IMG/VR virus record: IMGVR_UViG_3300026166_000003 | Coordinates: 1 to 42,925 of that record | DNA length: 42,925 nt | Reading direction: 5' to 3' (one strand) | From: a virus | Lineage: Duplodnaviria; Caudoviricetes | Part shown: piece by piece, positions 27,508 to 37,550 of the stretch | Layout: each line of letters starts with the position of its first letter | How positions within the stretch are numbered: the stretch's first letter is position 1 | Notes under the pieces: model-generated | Told to the model about the DNA's origin: nothing | The model's input: the letters and a program-made list of their open reading frames with translations, nothing else | The model's database searches: none | Made by a program: the position numbers and the translations under genes

Positions 27508-30500
27508 TTAGAACGATGCTACTGCTCTGATATCCTGAACTTTAGGAACATATGCTGGATCTACTGATTTCATAACAATTTTAACAGCGAATGATGCAAA
27601 TTCAGAAATATCTGAAACGCTATAACTTAGTTCTTGATAGGAAGATTGTTTCTCTACAACACCAGAGATAGTATTCTCACTTGTTGCAACTTCTACATTG
27701 TCTGGTACACCTGTACTATTAAAGTATACCCAGTCAATATCCTCAAAGTTTTCTTGACTTCCTGCCTTCTTAGTTCTGTAAAGAACTTGAACATTTGAAA
27801 TGTCCTTAACATTAACTGTCAATTTAACATTAACAGATGATGCTGGATTGCTAATACCAATTTCCTTAGTTACATACTTAGCAATAGAAGATCCATTCTT
27901 AGATACATTCTCTGGAATGAATTCTAAACCATTGGTATAACTTACTTTTCCAACTTCTAGATAATATGCTTCATCATCTACCTGACCAGGATACTTAATT
28001 AAATCTCCTACCCTGAATATATCTGGTGTTTGACTAGCAATAGTTGCATTTCTATTATAGTCAGCACTATCTACTATCCTAGAAGTAAAGTTATCATTAA
28101 TTGGTTGAGTGTCAGTTCTTACTGTCAACTCTTGTGTAACAGAATCCCACTGCTGACTTGTACCGATAATACCGTAACTTGGACTATCATAAAGTTCAGT
28201 GATAACACTAGGATTACGTGCAACTATAGTTGCTGCATCAGCAATAGAAGTAATAATCTGAGATGGATATGTGTCAACTGTTACAGTAGATCCATCTGTT
28301 AGTGAACTTTGAATACTTAAACGAATTCTTTCACCTTTCTGGAAGAACTGACTAGTCTTAACTCTGACATAAATCTCACTTCCATTAACTCTAGCAATAG
28401 TACCAGATGCTTTAGAAGTATCACCTGTAACTGTCTGATTACTTGTAACAGCAGTTCCACCATTTCCAGCAACAGTGAATTTATATACTGGATATAATTC
28501 TAGAATCTGATCCTTTCTACCAAATCTATCTTCCTTACCACTTCCACTTTCAATTCTGTTAGAAATTGTCTTAACAGATGCACTATCAAGATCAACAACT
28601 GGACTCAAATGAGACACAGTAGACGAAAGAAGTAACTTATAAGTCAAAGATTCTGAAAGTGAATTCATAGTTTCATTAATATCAGAAGCAATAAACTTCT
28701 GATTAGTGAAATAATGTGGTTCATTTAAGAATGTCTTCTCATAATCACTAGTTCTGTTATAAGAAGTATAGTTATTTGTAGTAGAATCTACAGAAACTAC
28801 ATTTGTAGTCTTAACAGATGTTTCAATCTTAGTACCACCTGTAGTTAAATACTGAACTTGTGGGTAAAGAACTTCATATTTTCTGTTATGTGATGCATAA
28901 ACACCAGTACCACCACCAACAGCATTTCCAGATGCTTGTGATGCTGATGTAATAGTGTAAGTATCAACACCACCGTTATCTACTTGGAATAGATTGGTGT
29001 TGAAGTTATCAGCAGTAATACCTGCTGTCTCAGTTGCAGATCTATAGAATACATAGGATTTTCCTGTATCTTCAAAACCATTGTCTCTATGATCTACTCT
29101 AATAATCTTATTGTTATTCTGGAATAACTTAGCAGTTGCTGCTGTTGAAGCACTAGCGTTAGTATTAAATGGATTTGTACCAAGTAATTCATATCCCAAG
29201 TTATCATTCTTAAGTAGAAGTTCTGCTGGTCTAGTAATATTAAACTCAGCACGATATAATTTAAACTTAAGATCTTCAAATATATCTTCAGTCCAGTTAT
29301 CTACGTTCTGAGATTTGTAAACTGAACCTAATGATGGTTGAGAAGTAATAACTGTACTTGTGGAAACATCAGTTTCTCCTAAACGAGATGCCCAAAGTTC
29401 GTAATCAATCGAATCTGTTTCAACTGCGAAAGCATATTCAGTGTCATTCTGAAGGTATACTGGATAATCAAACTCGAAGTATGTTGGTGTGGTTGAATTA
29501 GTAACACCAGTTTGATCTGTTGCTACACCCATCCTTACAGCAGGAGTATCTATTTCAATAGAAGTTGATATCTCACATCCACCTGCACCATTACCAATAC
29601 CCTTAACAACAACTGATGGAGCTTCGGTATATCCAAAACCAGCAAGAAGGATTTCAGTATTATAAACTTTACCACCAGATACAGATATGCTTGCAGTAGC
29701 AACTGATCCACCTGCTAATTGAGGACTTTCGATAGTTAAAATAGCACTATCATAATTCTGACCAACCTTAGTTACCTTAATACCAGATAACTTACCACTA
29801 TCTTTAGCAATAGTTAATTTTAACTGGGTATTATTAGTATTATTTGCTAATGTAACTGAAGGAATAGATAAATCTTCATTCTGTTTAAATGCTTTACCAT
29901 TATGGTTACTAAGAACAAGTGTATATACCTGCTCATTAGTTAATGTGTATACACCAGATGCAGTTGCAACTAGATCAACACCATTCTTATCAATAACTTT
30001 CTGAATTGGACCACTAGCAGAAGAAGATAAACCAGTTACATTTTCTGCCTTAGTTATACTTACATTACCGTTAGCATATACCTTAAGGAATGTACTAGGT
30101 GCAAGAACCTTCTCTGTTCCAGGAACAACATTCTTACCAGGCTTATTACTATCTACATTAGTAACATAAACTTTAACAGGAATATCATCACTCTTCTTAC
30201 TGAAGTATAGATCAGCACCTGTTAAGAATACACCACCATCAAAGTTTTCAACCTTAAATGTCTGAGCAAGAGGGTTAGGTCTTACTGGGTTATCTGTATT
30301 GTTATCAATTATTTGTACACCTTCATTCGCTTTGAAGTAAGATGGTTTTGTGGAAACAATACTTGCTGGATTTTCTGGGAGAATACCAGTTGCATAGTAC
30401 TTAACTTCTGCATATGTATCTACTGTTGCCTTATCAGCATCAGTAGCACTAGATGTAAACCTGAATGTCTTGATACCAGTTGTTACACGAATTTCTTCAG

Positions 30501-33500
30501 CAGCAGTATCATAATCAACAGTATCAACATCTCCACCCCAAGTAGCATTTTCTCTTGGAGGAGCACCAGCAGGAAGTAGAACTATTCCACTAGCATTACC
30601 ATTATTATCTGTAATTACATCTCCATTAAATGCAGATGGTGAGTTACCAGCAGTACCAGTAAATCTAAGGTCAGGGTTAACCCAACGATTAACATTTCTA
30701 CCTTCTAAGAATACAGATATCTTAGTATTTGGTTTTAATCTCTTAACAACAAACTTAATTGCCTGACTTCTAGCAAAGAACTGAAGTGCAGTTGAAACAA
30801 TCTTTCCATCTACAGTCTTAGTCTGAATACCTTTACCAACCTCATTATTCTGAGGACTTACATTAGAAGAACTCGCAACAGATGCTGTACCAACAGAAGC
30901 AGCTGCTTGTTGTGTAACAACTTCACCCAATGAATTGATAGCAGTAAATGATGGTGAAGTTCCAACCCAGTTAACTACGAATGAGTTATAAAGACTGGAG
31001 AAACTCTCACTAACAAGATCCTTAGCAAGGAATATGCTAAAGAGATTGGTATTAGTATCAACAACTAATGGTTCTACTGACTGATCATACCATTGATCAA
31101 TATTTGGAGAAATTTCACCATCTCCAACATACTGTAGAACTACAAATGGGTTAGGATTTAATGTCTTAGATGCAAAATCATTTCCAAGTAAAGATAGATT
31201 TGAATATGGAAGTGTGACAATATTACCAGACTTCTTATATCCTGAAACAGATCTCTGATCCTCTCTACCGTTAACCTCTGTCAACGCAACAGAATCTTCT
31301 TTGGACTGTGGACGTAGAACAGATTGCTGACTATCGACACCACATTGATAATCAAGTGATTTTAGATTACCTAATCCATGTGTCTCAAAGTTATCTACAA
31401 AGAATCCACTCTTAAATCTATCAAGTCCGATATCATCCTTGATCTGCATATTCAATGCTTGCTGTTCAAGAATGCTTAGAGTTGTATAGAACTCTAATCT
31501 TTCAATACGTTTCTCCAACTTACCGATATCGCGCATTGTATAACGGCGATTATCAACTGGAGTAATTCTTACATCTTTACTAGACTTAGTATATGCAGGA
31601 ACATATGCATAGAATAGAGGCACAGCATCTGCAATTGGGTCTGGTTTGGATGGGTTGAGTGATGAATTACCTTGCTTAACAACAAATTCACCCTTCTTAT
31701 TCAAGTAGATACCATCGATACGATCTAAGTATTGAACTTGACTGAATGAGAATGTATATTCCAGATTGCTATCTGGAGCAGGAGTGCTAGAAACAACAGC
31801 ACCAGCAGCAGAGAATGCTCCACTTGTATTTGCTAGTGATGATACATCTTGGAAACCAGAAATAATAGCAGTACTATCAACCTTTGGTCTAAAGTCAAAT
31901 ACATTCTTCAATTCGACCATGCCATGAATAACTGAGTCGAAAGTAGGAATCTCATCTTCAGGAAGACCTGCTTCATGTAAGTAACTATCAACTGTACAGA
32001 AGTCACCTTGTGATTGCTCAAAGTAATCAAAACCAATTACTAATTGACCAATTGGTGCTTGTGCTCCGGGTTTAATTACTAATCTCGATACGTCGTAAAT
32101 TGTATCTCTTTGACCGTCGTCGAAGGTAAACCTGTCAGTAACGTCAGTACCAACAACAAGGTTACCAGCAGTATCAACTTCAGGGGGCTGAGAGGAAGTT
32201 CCTTCATAGACATATCTTAATTTGTATGCGTCTGAATAAGATGATATTTCAATAACTTCACTATCATAATCAGTTCCTCTGAATGGAATTACACGATCTC
32301 CAGCAGAACTTATAATAATTCTCTTATTTTTAATTGCAGTCTTAAGTCTAGGCTTAGCATTACTTACTTCAAGAGTAGCAGTTAATTTCAGTTTGGGGAA
32401 TGTTCCATAATTATTTGGATCTCCACCAAAGTATTTTGCTGCTAATTGAAGTGTAATACTACCAGAAGTTAAACCACTTGCTGTATCTGTAGCAGATGTG
32501 ATGGATACACTATCAGCAGGGATATAAACAATATCTCCTTTAGCGATATCAGGAGCACCACCTGGATCTAATACAGTAATAATATAATTTTCTTCGCTGA
32601 ATTCAGTAAATCTCTGTGTACCATATGGCAACTGAGCAGCAAACGTTATTAAACCACCACCAGTAGATGTAGTAGCAACAAAATCTCTACGGAAATAGTA
32701 CTTGATCTTACTATCATCATTTCCAGCAAAGACTTTCTGTACTTGCTTACTACCAGTAGGATAGATTAAAGTACCAGCAGCACTGTTACCTACCTTTGGA
32801 CGCAACCTAACAATATTAGTGTTTGATACATCAGCAGGTAAAGCAATATCCAAATAGACTCTACTCTTAGCAGCTCCTTTTGGTTCAGTAGCATATTGAA
32901 CTATAGCACGAACTAAAGCATTGTTACTATCAGAGAATTGAACTATATCTCCCTGTTGTAATTCCTTAGAAGCATCTGCACTGAAACTAGTAGATTCGAT
33001 GAAGTTAGTACCATTAGCACCAAAGAAAGTAAACTCTGTTACATCTTTAATTTCTGAGAAAGATCTATCATCAACTACAACATCAGCAGTAAACTTGTTT
33101 GCTCCACCTGATCCATATTGACCACCAATAGATTTAATGTTCTGTGGTGTGTATGTTGTTACAGCATTCCTTACTAGGACAGGTGTAACAGCAGCAGAAT
33201 CTCCAGGATTAGATCCAGGACCATTCTTAACTGTTACTGCTGGAGGCTGAGCATAAGTAGTAGTTAATCCATTTCTATTAATGATGTCACATGCATAGAT
33301 GGATCCATCATTCTTTCTTGATATAGTAATGATAGAGTTATCATAATCAACTCCATTAATTGTCAATTCCGAATCATCATTATATCCTAAACCTCTCTTC
33401 TGAACGACAAAATGAGAGATTGTATTATCCTTAGCAATCTTTATTGTGTTTCCTGCTTCATCTCTAATAGATTCACCAGATTGGAACTTACCAGATAATG

Positions 33501-35631
33501 TTTTGATGAAGAGTATCTTAGCAGTTGAATAGACACCGTTAGAAGCACCCTCAATGACCCCATAAGCATCACTAGTCAGTCCGAATACATATTTGCCCGT
33601 TACGAACGTACCACCCGTTACAGGTTTCTGTAGGGTGATCTTAGTGAAGAACTGAGGATCAAAATAAGAGAATCCGAATATAGTGTTGTATGCTGCACTA
33701 CCTTGAGATAAACGACCTTTAGAAAGAACAATATCAGAATCAGAATTGAATCCTAATCCCCTTTCCTGTAGTACAAAGTTACTAGGTTTAGCAGTTCCTA
33801 TAACTGGTGTAATAACTTCGCTATAATCTACGATATATCCAAGAGCATTATCGTTTCCGACATCATTCTGAGCATCAGATTCAGTAAGGAATATCTTTCT
33901 TCTGAAATCTGAATCTCCTAAATCCTGTTCACGTAGTAATGACTCAAGTATGTCCTTATTAGCAGTAACTGTTAATTCTAGATAGAATACTGCATCACTA
34001 GGAGTAATGAGTGGTTTGTTAACCTTAGCATATGCCAAAGAAGATAATGGAGTAACTGATGTAGGTGCATCACTACCATCTCTTGTCTTAATAATATAAA
34101 GACTTCCTAAGAGAGTAGTAAAGTTTCCATCAGTAATAGTAGCAAGAGTATTAGTAGTATTAGTTACTTGAATAGTAATAGTCTTAACAGCAGAATTAGA
34201 ATCTAATATAGATCCTCTCTTATTAAGAGTCTGTCTATGATCAGTTGATAATTCAGTTCCATTTAATCCAATAGAACCATCATTAAATGTACTGTATAAA
34301 AATACTGTAGGATATGAAGTTAAGTCAGAACCTTCTTGATTAAGAGGTATACTTCCATAAACATTGTTAACACTTAAGGTTGGTAATCCTTTAGTCTTTA
34401 ATGTTACATTGTCGCTTAATACGCTTTCTTTTGCTTTATCAATTGTGAGATATTTCGTCTCTTTATTAACAATTTCGTATCCCTTAATATATGCTTTACC
34501 TGGTCCAATACTAGCGACCATCTTCTTAGATGCGTCTCCAGCAGAGAATCCATTATAAAGACCAAATTCATCTACAGCATATAAACCTTGATTACCATCT
34601 TTCTGTGCATACTCTCTAACATCAGTAGCAAAACTATCTACAACATAATCTCCACTCTCGTCAAATGTTCTACGAGCAAGAGTTTGTTCTAGTAAATTGT
34701 AATCTGTTGGTGATACTTTCTTTTGTATAACTCCTCTAGAAACTCTAAGGAGTTCAATAAAATTCTTATCAGTAATTGCATCAAGTGCAAACTCTTTTAA
34801 TACAAGACCAATCTTTAATCTATGAGCACCAGGTGCAGTAGAGTTAGAAGATCCAATCGAATTGTCATACAGAGATGAATCTTCCTCTGGAGTTACAACA
34901 TCTTCGACAATTGTAAATCCAACCTTAGCAGATGGTTTGTCATAATATTCGTCAATAACAAGAAGACCAGAGTCATTGCGAACAAAATAACCATTAACAA
35001 AATAGATACCTTCTTCTACCTTAACAGCAGAACCGTATCCCATTGCAGGACTTTCGAGAGAAGTAACTTCAGCAGTATCAGGGTTGGTTACCTGTATACT
35101 AGTTGGAAGTACACTACCATCTGTACCTACGACAAGCAGAGGAGTATTAACACCATCAACCACTTCTAGTGTCTCACCTTGTCTAAAAGTAGACTCAGTA
35201 TTGGAATTACCACTATTAAGGTAATTAACAAAGACAGTATCTGCGGATGATTCAGTTGCTAGTTTTGTTGCTAATATAGTTCCTACTACACCAGAGGTAA
35301 TACCTCTTAATTGCTGTCCGACTAATAAGGTGATGTCATACTTCTTGTAGACAATCTCTCCACCTTCGTTAATGGCTACTTCTGAAACAGAAGATAGTTT
35401 AACGTAGTCTAATTTCGTGTTTAATCCAACCTCACCAGGTATGACAAGTTCACCTTGCTTGAAGGCATACTTACCAAAAGATTCAATCTGATTCTGAAGA
35501 ATAGATTGAACCTGAGTTAATTCTCTACCCTGTATTGAGTAACCAGGACGAAATAGAATTTTATAAAAATTCTTATTTACGTCAAAGTCCTCGTAATAAG
35601 GGCTTACATTAAGGTTTGTCTTCTGTGGCAT
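27508..35631 (-). CDS. DUF4815/VrlC-like virion structural protein (2707 aa)
   Basis: Motifs MPQKTNLNVSPYYEDFD..KNFYKILFRPG..IQGRELTQ.QSILQNQ, APGAHRLKI, LARRTFDESGDY, RRYTMRDIGKLEKRIERLEFYTTLS.LE, DRFKSGFFVDNF, PLAQTF and EDLKFKLYRAEF. Confidence 0.88.
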   Translation of the reverse strand: MPQKTNLNVSPYYEDFDVNKNFYKILFRPGYSIQGRELTQVQSILQNQIESFGKYAFKQGELVIPGEVGLNTKLDYVKLSSVSEVAINEGGEIVYKKYDITLLVGQQLRGITSGVVGTILATKLATESSADTVFVNYLNSGNSNTESTFRQGETLEVVDGVNTPLLVVGTDGSVLPTSIQVTNPDTAEVTSLESPAMGYGSAVKVEEGIYFVNGYFVRNDSGLLVIDEYYDKPSAKVGFTIVEDVVTPEEDSSLYDNSIGSSNSTAPGAHRLKIGLVLKEFALDAITDKNFIELLRVSRGVIQKKVSPTDYNLLEQTLARRTFDESGDYVVDSFATDVREYAQKDGNQGLYAVDEFGLYNGFSAGDASKKMVASIGPGKAYIKGYEIVNKETKYLTIDKAKESVLSDNVTLKTKGLPTLSVNNVYGSIPLNQEGSDLTSYPTVFLYSTFNDGSIGLNGTELSTDHRQTLNKRGSILDSNSAVKTITIQVTNTTNTLATITDGNFTTLLGSLYIIKTRDGSDAPTSVTPLSSLAYAKVNKPLITPSDAVFYLELTVTANKDILESLLREQDLGDSDFRRKIFLTESDAQNDVGNDNALGYIVDYSEVITPVIGTAKPSNFVLQERGLGFNSDSDIVLSKGRLSQGSAAYNTIFGFSYFDPQFFTKITLQKPVTGGTFVTGKYVFGLTSDAYGVIEGASNGVYSTAKILFIKTLSGKFQSGESIRDEAGNTIKIAKDNTISHFVVQKRGLGYNDDSELTINGVDYDNSIITISRKNDGSIYACDIINRNGLTTTYAQPPAVTVKNGPGSNPGDSAAVTPVLVRNAVTTYTPQNIKSIGGQYGSGGANKFTADVVVDDRSFSEIKDVTEFTFFGANGTNFIESTSFSADASKELQQGDIVQFSDSNNALVRAIVQYATEPKGAAKSRVYLDIALPADVSNTNIVRLRPKVGNSAAGTLIYPTGSKQVQKVFAGNDDSKIKYYFRRDFVATTSTGGGLITFAAQLPYGTQRFTEFSEENYIITVLDPGGAPDIAKGDIVYIPADSVSITSATDTASGLTSGSITLQLAAKYFGGDPNNYGTFPKLKLTATLEVSNAKPRLKTAIKNKRIIISSAGDRVIPFRGTDYDSEVIEISSYSDAYKLRYVYEGTSSQPPEVDTAGNLVVGTDVTDRFTFDDGQRDTIYDVSRLVIKPGAQAPIGQLVIGFDYFEQSQGDFCTVDSYLHEAGLPEDEIPTFDSVIHGMVELKNVFDFRPKVDSTAIISGFQDVSSLANTSGAFSAAGAVVSSTPAPDSNLEYTFSFSQVQYLDRIDGIYLNKKGEFVVKQGNSSLNPSKPDPIADAVPLFYAYVPAYTKSSKDVRITPVDNRRYTMRDIGKLEKRIERLEFYTTLSILEQQALNMQIKDDIGLDRFKSGFFVDNFETHGLGNLKSLDYQCGVDSQQSVLRPQSKEDSVALTEVNGREDQRSVSGYKKSGNIVTLPYSNLSLLGNDFASKTLNPNPFVVLQYVGDGEISPNIDQWYDQSVEPLVVDTNTNLFSIFLAKDLVSESFSSLYNSFVVNWVGTSPSFTAINSLGEVVTQQAAASVGTASVASSSNVSPQNNEVGKGIQTKTVDGKIVSTALQFFARSQAIKFVVKRLKPNTKISVFLEGRNVNRWVNPDLRFTGTAGNSPSAFNGDVITDNNGNASGIVLLPAGAPPRENATWGGDVDTVDYDTAAEEIRVTTGIKTFRFTSSATDADKATVDTYAEVKYYATGILPENPASIVSTKPSYFKANEGVQIIDNNTDNPVRPNPLAQTFKVENFDGGVFLTGADLYFSKKSDDIPVKVYVTNVDSNKPGKNVVPGTEKVLAPSTFLKVYANGNVSITKAENVTGLSSSASGPIQKVIDKNGVDLVATASGVYTLTNEQVYTLVLSNHNGKAFKQNEDLSIPSVTLANNTNNTQLKLTIAKDSGKLSGIKVTKVGQNYDSAILTIESPQLAGGSVATASISVSGGKVYNTEILLAGFGYTEAPSVVVKGIGNGAGGCEISTSIEIDTPAVRMGVATDQTGVTNSTTPTYFEFDYPVYLQNDTEYAFAVETDSIDYELWASRLGETDVSTSTVITSQPSLGSVYKSQNVDNWTEDIFEDLKFKLYRAEFNITRPAELLLKNDNLGYELLGTNPFNTNASASTAATAKLFQNNNKIIRVDHRDNGFEDTGKSYVFYRSATETAGITADNFNTNLFQVDNGGVDTYTITSASQASGNAVGGGTGVYASHNRKYEVLYPQVQYLTTGGTKIETSVKTTNVVSVDSTTNNYTSYNRTSDYEKTFLNEPHYFTNQKFIASDINETMNSLSESLTYKLLLSSTVSHLSPVVDLDSASVKTISNRIESGSGKEDRFGRKDQILELYPVYKFTVAGNGGTAVTSNQTVTGDTSKASGTIARVNGSEIYVRVKTSQFFQKGERIRLSIQSSLTDGSTVTVDTYPSQIITSIADAATIVARNPSVITELYDSPSYGIIGTSQQWDSVTQELTVRTDTQPINDNFTSRIVDSADYNRNATIASQTPDIFRVGDLIKYPGQVDDEAYYLEVGKVSYTNGLEFIPENVSKNGSSIAKYVTKEIGISNPASSVNVKLTVNVKDISNVQVLYRTKKAGSQENFEDIDWVYFNSTGVPDNVEVATSENTISGVVEKQSSYQELSYSVSDISEFASFAVKIVMKSVDPAYVPKVQDIRAVASF

Positions 35632-35665
35632 TTTACTATCGCCAATACTAGCAGCTTATCTTTAG

Positions 35666-35673
35666 TATTTAGC
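35666..35673 (-). promoter_or_regulatory. late promoter variant (GCTAAATA) upstream of the DUF4815 gene
   Basis: Intergenic, about 35 nt before the ATG at 35631. Confidence 0.65.
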
Positions 35674-35687
35674 GTAGTAGAATGAAC

Positions 35688-37502
35688 TTAGAACTCAATA
35701 ACTAGTTTGATATCTTCGATCTGATCAGGAGCACGAGTGATAAGACGGCGGTTTTCGATGTAAATTACATCACCTGAATTATTCTCGATCTCTGGATTAG
35801 CAAGACCTGAAGCAAATGTAGATCCTAATAGTGAATTGGAGTAAGAAGTATCTACTGTACCAGAAGCGGCAGAAAGACCACCACCAACGGCGTTAGAACC
35901 ATTACTCTCAAATGCTCTTACAACACCACTATCGGCATGTTTGTCATTTACTTGGATATACTTAAGAACTCCAGTAGTTGTTTGACCTTGATCTAATGTC
36001 CAAGAAACTACAGTACCTTTAGCAGTACCACCTGTTACTGTTTGTGTGATAACTTCATCAGGAATGAAGTCAGCAGTTGCTCCAGTAATCTTAAGTGCTT
36101 TCAGTCCACTCAATGTATCAGCAGTGGAGAAAGTTGTTGTTCCATAATTGAATGGGTCTTTGATAATTCCAATACGACGGAAGTCGTTATCTACAGGGAA
36201 GTCTCCAGAACCCTCAGCATAAGTTAGACGAATGTTCGTCATAACACGCTTACCATTTAATTCTGTCTCGAAGTCTGATCCATGTCCACCTTGTGTGGGA
36301 AGAATAACTTCAATAGCACCAACAGCAGAAGCACCAGTTGCTACAGCGTTAGAAAGTCCAGCATTACTGAATAGGTTACCATTACCTAGTAAAACATTAG
36401 CGTAGGTATAACCTGTTCCACGTGCTTCGATTTCAGCAGATGTGATAGTTCCAGAACCGTCTGTGGCGAATTTAACCTTACCACCTGTTCCGTCACCTTT
36501 AATACCTGTGTATAGAGTCTGTGAAGCAGGAAGACCTGATCCAGCATTCTCAATAAGTGCAACATCAACAGCACCAGCGACTGCTAAAGCCTCAGTTGCT
36601 TGACGAGTTGCGTTTGTAGTAAGAACTATAGGTAGGAAATCAGAAGAAAGGAATTTTAGAACATCATCTGTTGGGACGGTGTACATATACTTCCAAACAT
36701 ATTTCGCACCAGTAGTCTCAGTATAAAGACCTGTTCCAGATGCATAGTTAGCACCTGTTGTTAATGGTTCCTCAGTAGCGTTCTGTCCAGTAGCGTTACC
36801 AGGTCCCTCTCCATTATAGAGACACTTAAATATCTCGTATGAGGAGTTCATAACATAGAATTTTGCGGTAGAGATGCCATCCTGTCCTGTGGCAGTCTGC
36901 TTACCAATTTGACCACCGCCACCAGGAGTAGCAGAATAGTCGGGCTTCCACATGTCAAACTTAGGGTTGGCTACCAAGTCCCAGTTGTAACGACGAATAA
37001 CTGTACGTGCATAAGCACCAGTCACACGTTTTGCGGCAATTATCTCATCATATAGATTAACTTTCTCTGTTGCGTTATCCAAAGGAAGAGGTGGCACATC
37101 CTCAGTAGCATAACGGTATACACCAGACTTTGCTTCAGCACCAGTGTCAGATCCACCTGATCCACCAGTTCTACCTTTTAGAGTAGATCCTAGAGTAGGA
37201 ACAGAGTTAACACCAGAACTTCCAAAAACGTCGGTAAGAAGTAATGCGTTATCGTAAACCGCAGCAATCGTTGCTCTAAAAGCAGTTGATCCGTAAGTGC
37301 CTACGTATACTTCTTGTCCTACTACAAATGCAGTAGCGTTCTGAGAGTGGATTTCTAGATTTGCCTTCCAAGGTTGAGGTCTTCCTACGAAGAAGTACAT
37401 CCTTGAACGTTCGGCACTAGTATCCGTAGCACCCTCAGTTAACGACTCTAAGAATTGAGTCGCATTAAAAATTCTAAATTTATCAGAGATAATAGCAGCC
37501 AT
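35688..37502 (-). CDS. gp8: baseplate wedge subunit gp8 (T4-like)
   Basis: Motifs MAAIISDKFRIFNA.QFLES, MYFFVGRPQPW, FYVMNSSYEIFKCLYN, YVWKYMYT, DFRRIGIIKDP and SGDVIYIENR..ITRAPDQIEDIKLVIEF. Confidence 0.9.
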   Translation of the reverse strand: MAAIISDKFRIFNATQFLESLTEGATDTSAERSRMYFFVGRPQPWKANLEIHSQNATAFVVGQEVYVGTYGSTAFRATIAAVYDNALLLTDVFGSSGVNSVPTLGSTLKGRTGGSGGSDTGAEAKSGVYRYATEDVPPLPLDNATEKVNLYDEIIAAKRVTGAYARTVIRRYNWDLVANPKFDMWKPDYSATPGGGGQIGKQTATGQDGISTAKFYVMNSSYEIFKCLYNGEGPGNATGQNATEEPLTTGANYASGTGLYTETTGAKYVWKYMYTVPTDDVLKFLSSDFLPIVLTTNATRQATEALAVAGAVDVALIENAGSGLPASQTLYTGIKGDGTGGKVKFATDGSGTITSAEIEARGTGYTYANVLLGNGNLFSNAGLSNAVATGASAVGAIEVILPTQGGHGSDFETELNGKRVMTNIRLTYAEGSGDFPVDNDFRRIGIIKDPFNYGTTTFSTADTLSGLKALKITGATADFIPDEVITQTVTGGTAKGTVVSWTLDQGQTTTGVLKYIQVNDKHADSGVVRAFESNGSNAVGGGLSAASGTVDTSYSNSLLGSTFASGLANPEIENNSGDVIYIENRRLITRAPDQIEDIKLVIEF

Positions 37503-37532
37503 TTATTTTACCGACGTGTTTTGTGCCAAAGT

Positions 37533-37546
37533 TATTTATATTTATA
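37533..37546 (-). promoter_or_regulatory. tandem overlapping T4-type late promoters upstream of gp8
   Basis: Minus strand reads TATAAATATAAATA in the gp7-gp8 intergenic gap, about 30 nt before the ATG. Confidence 0.85.
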
Positions 37547-37550
37547 CAGT

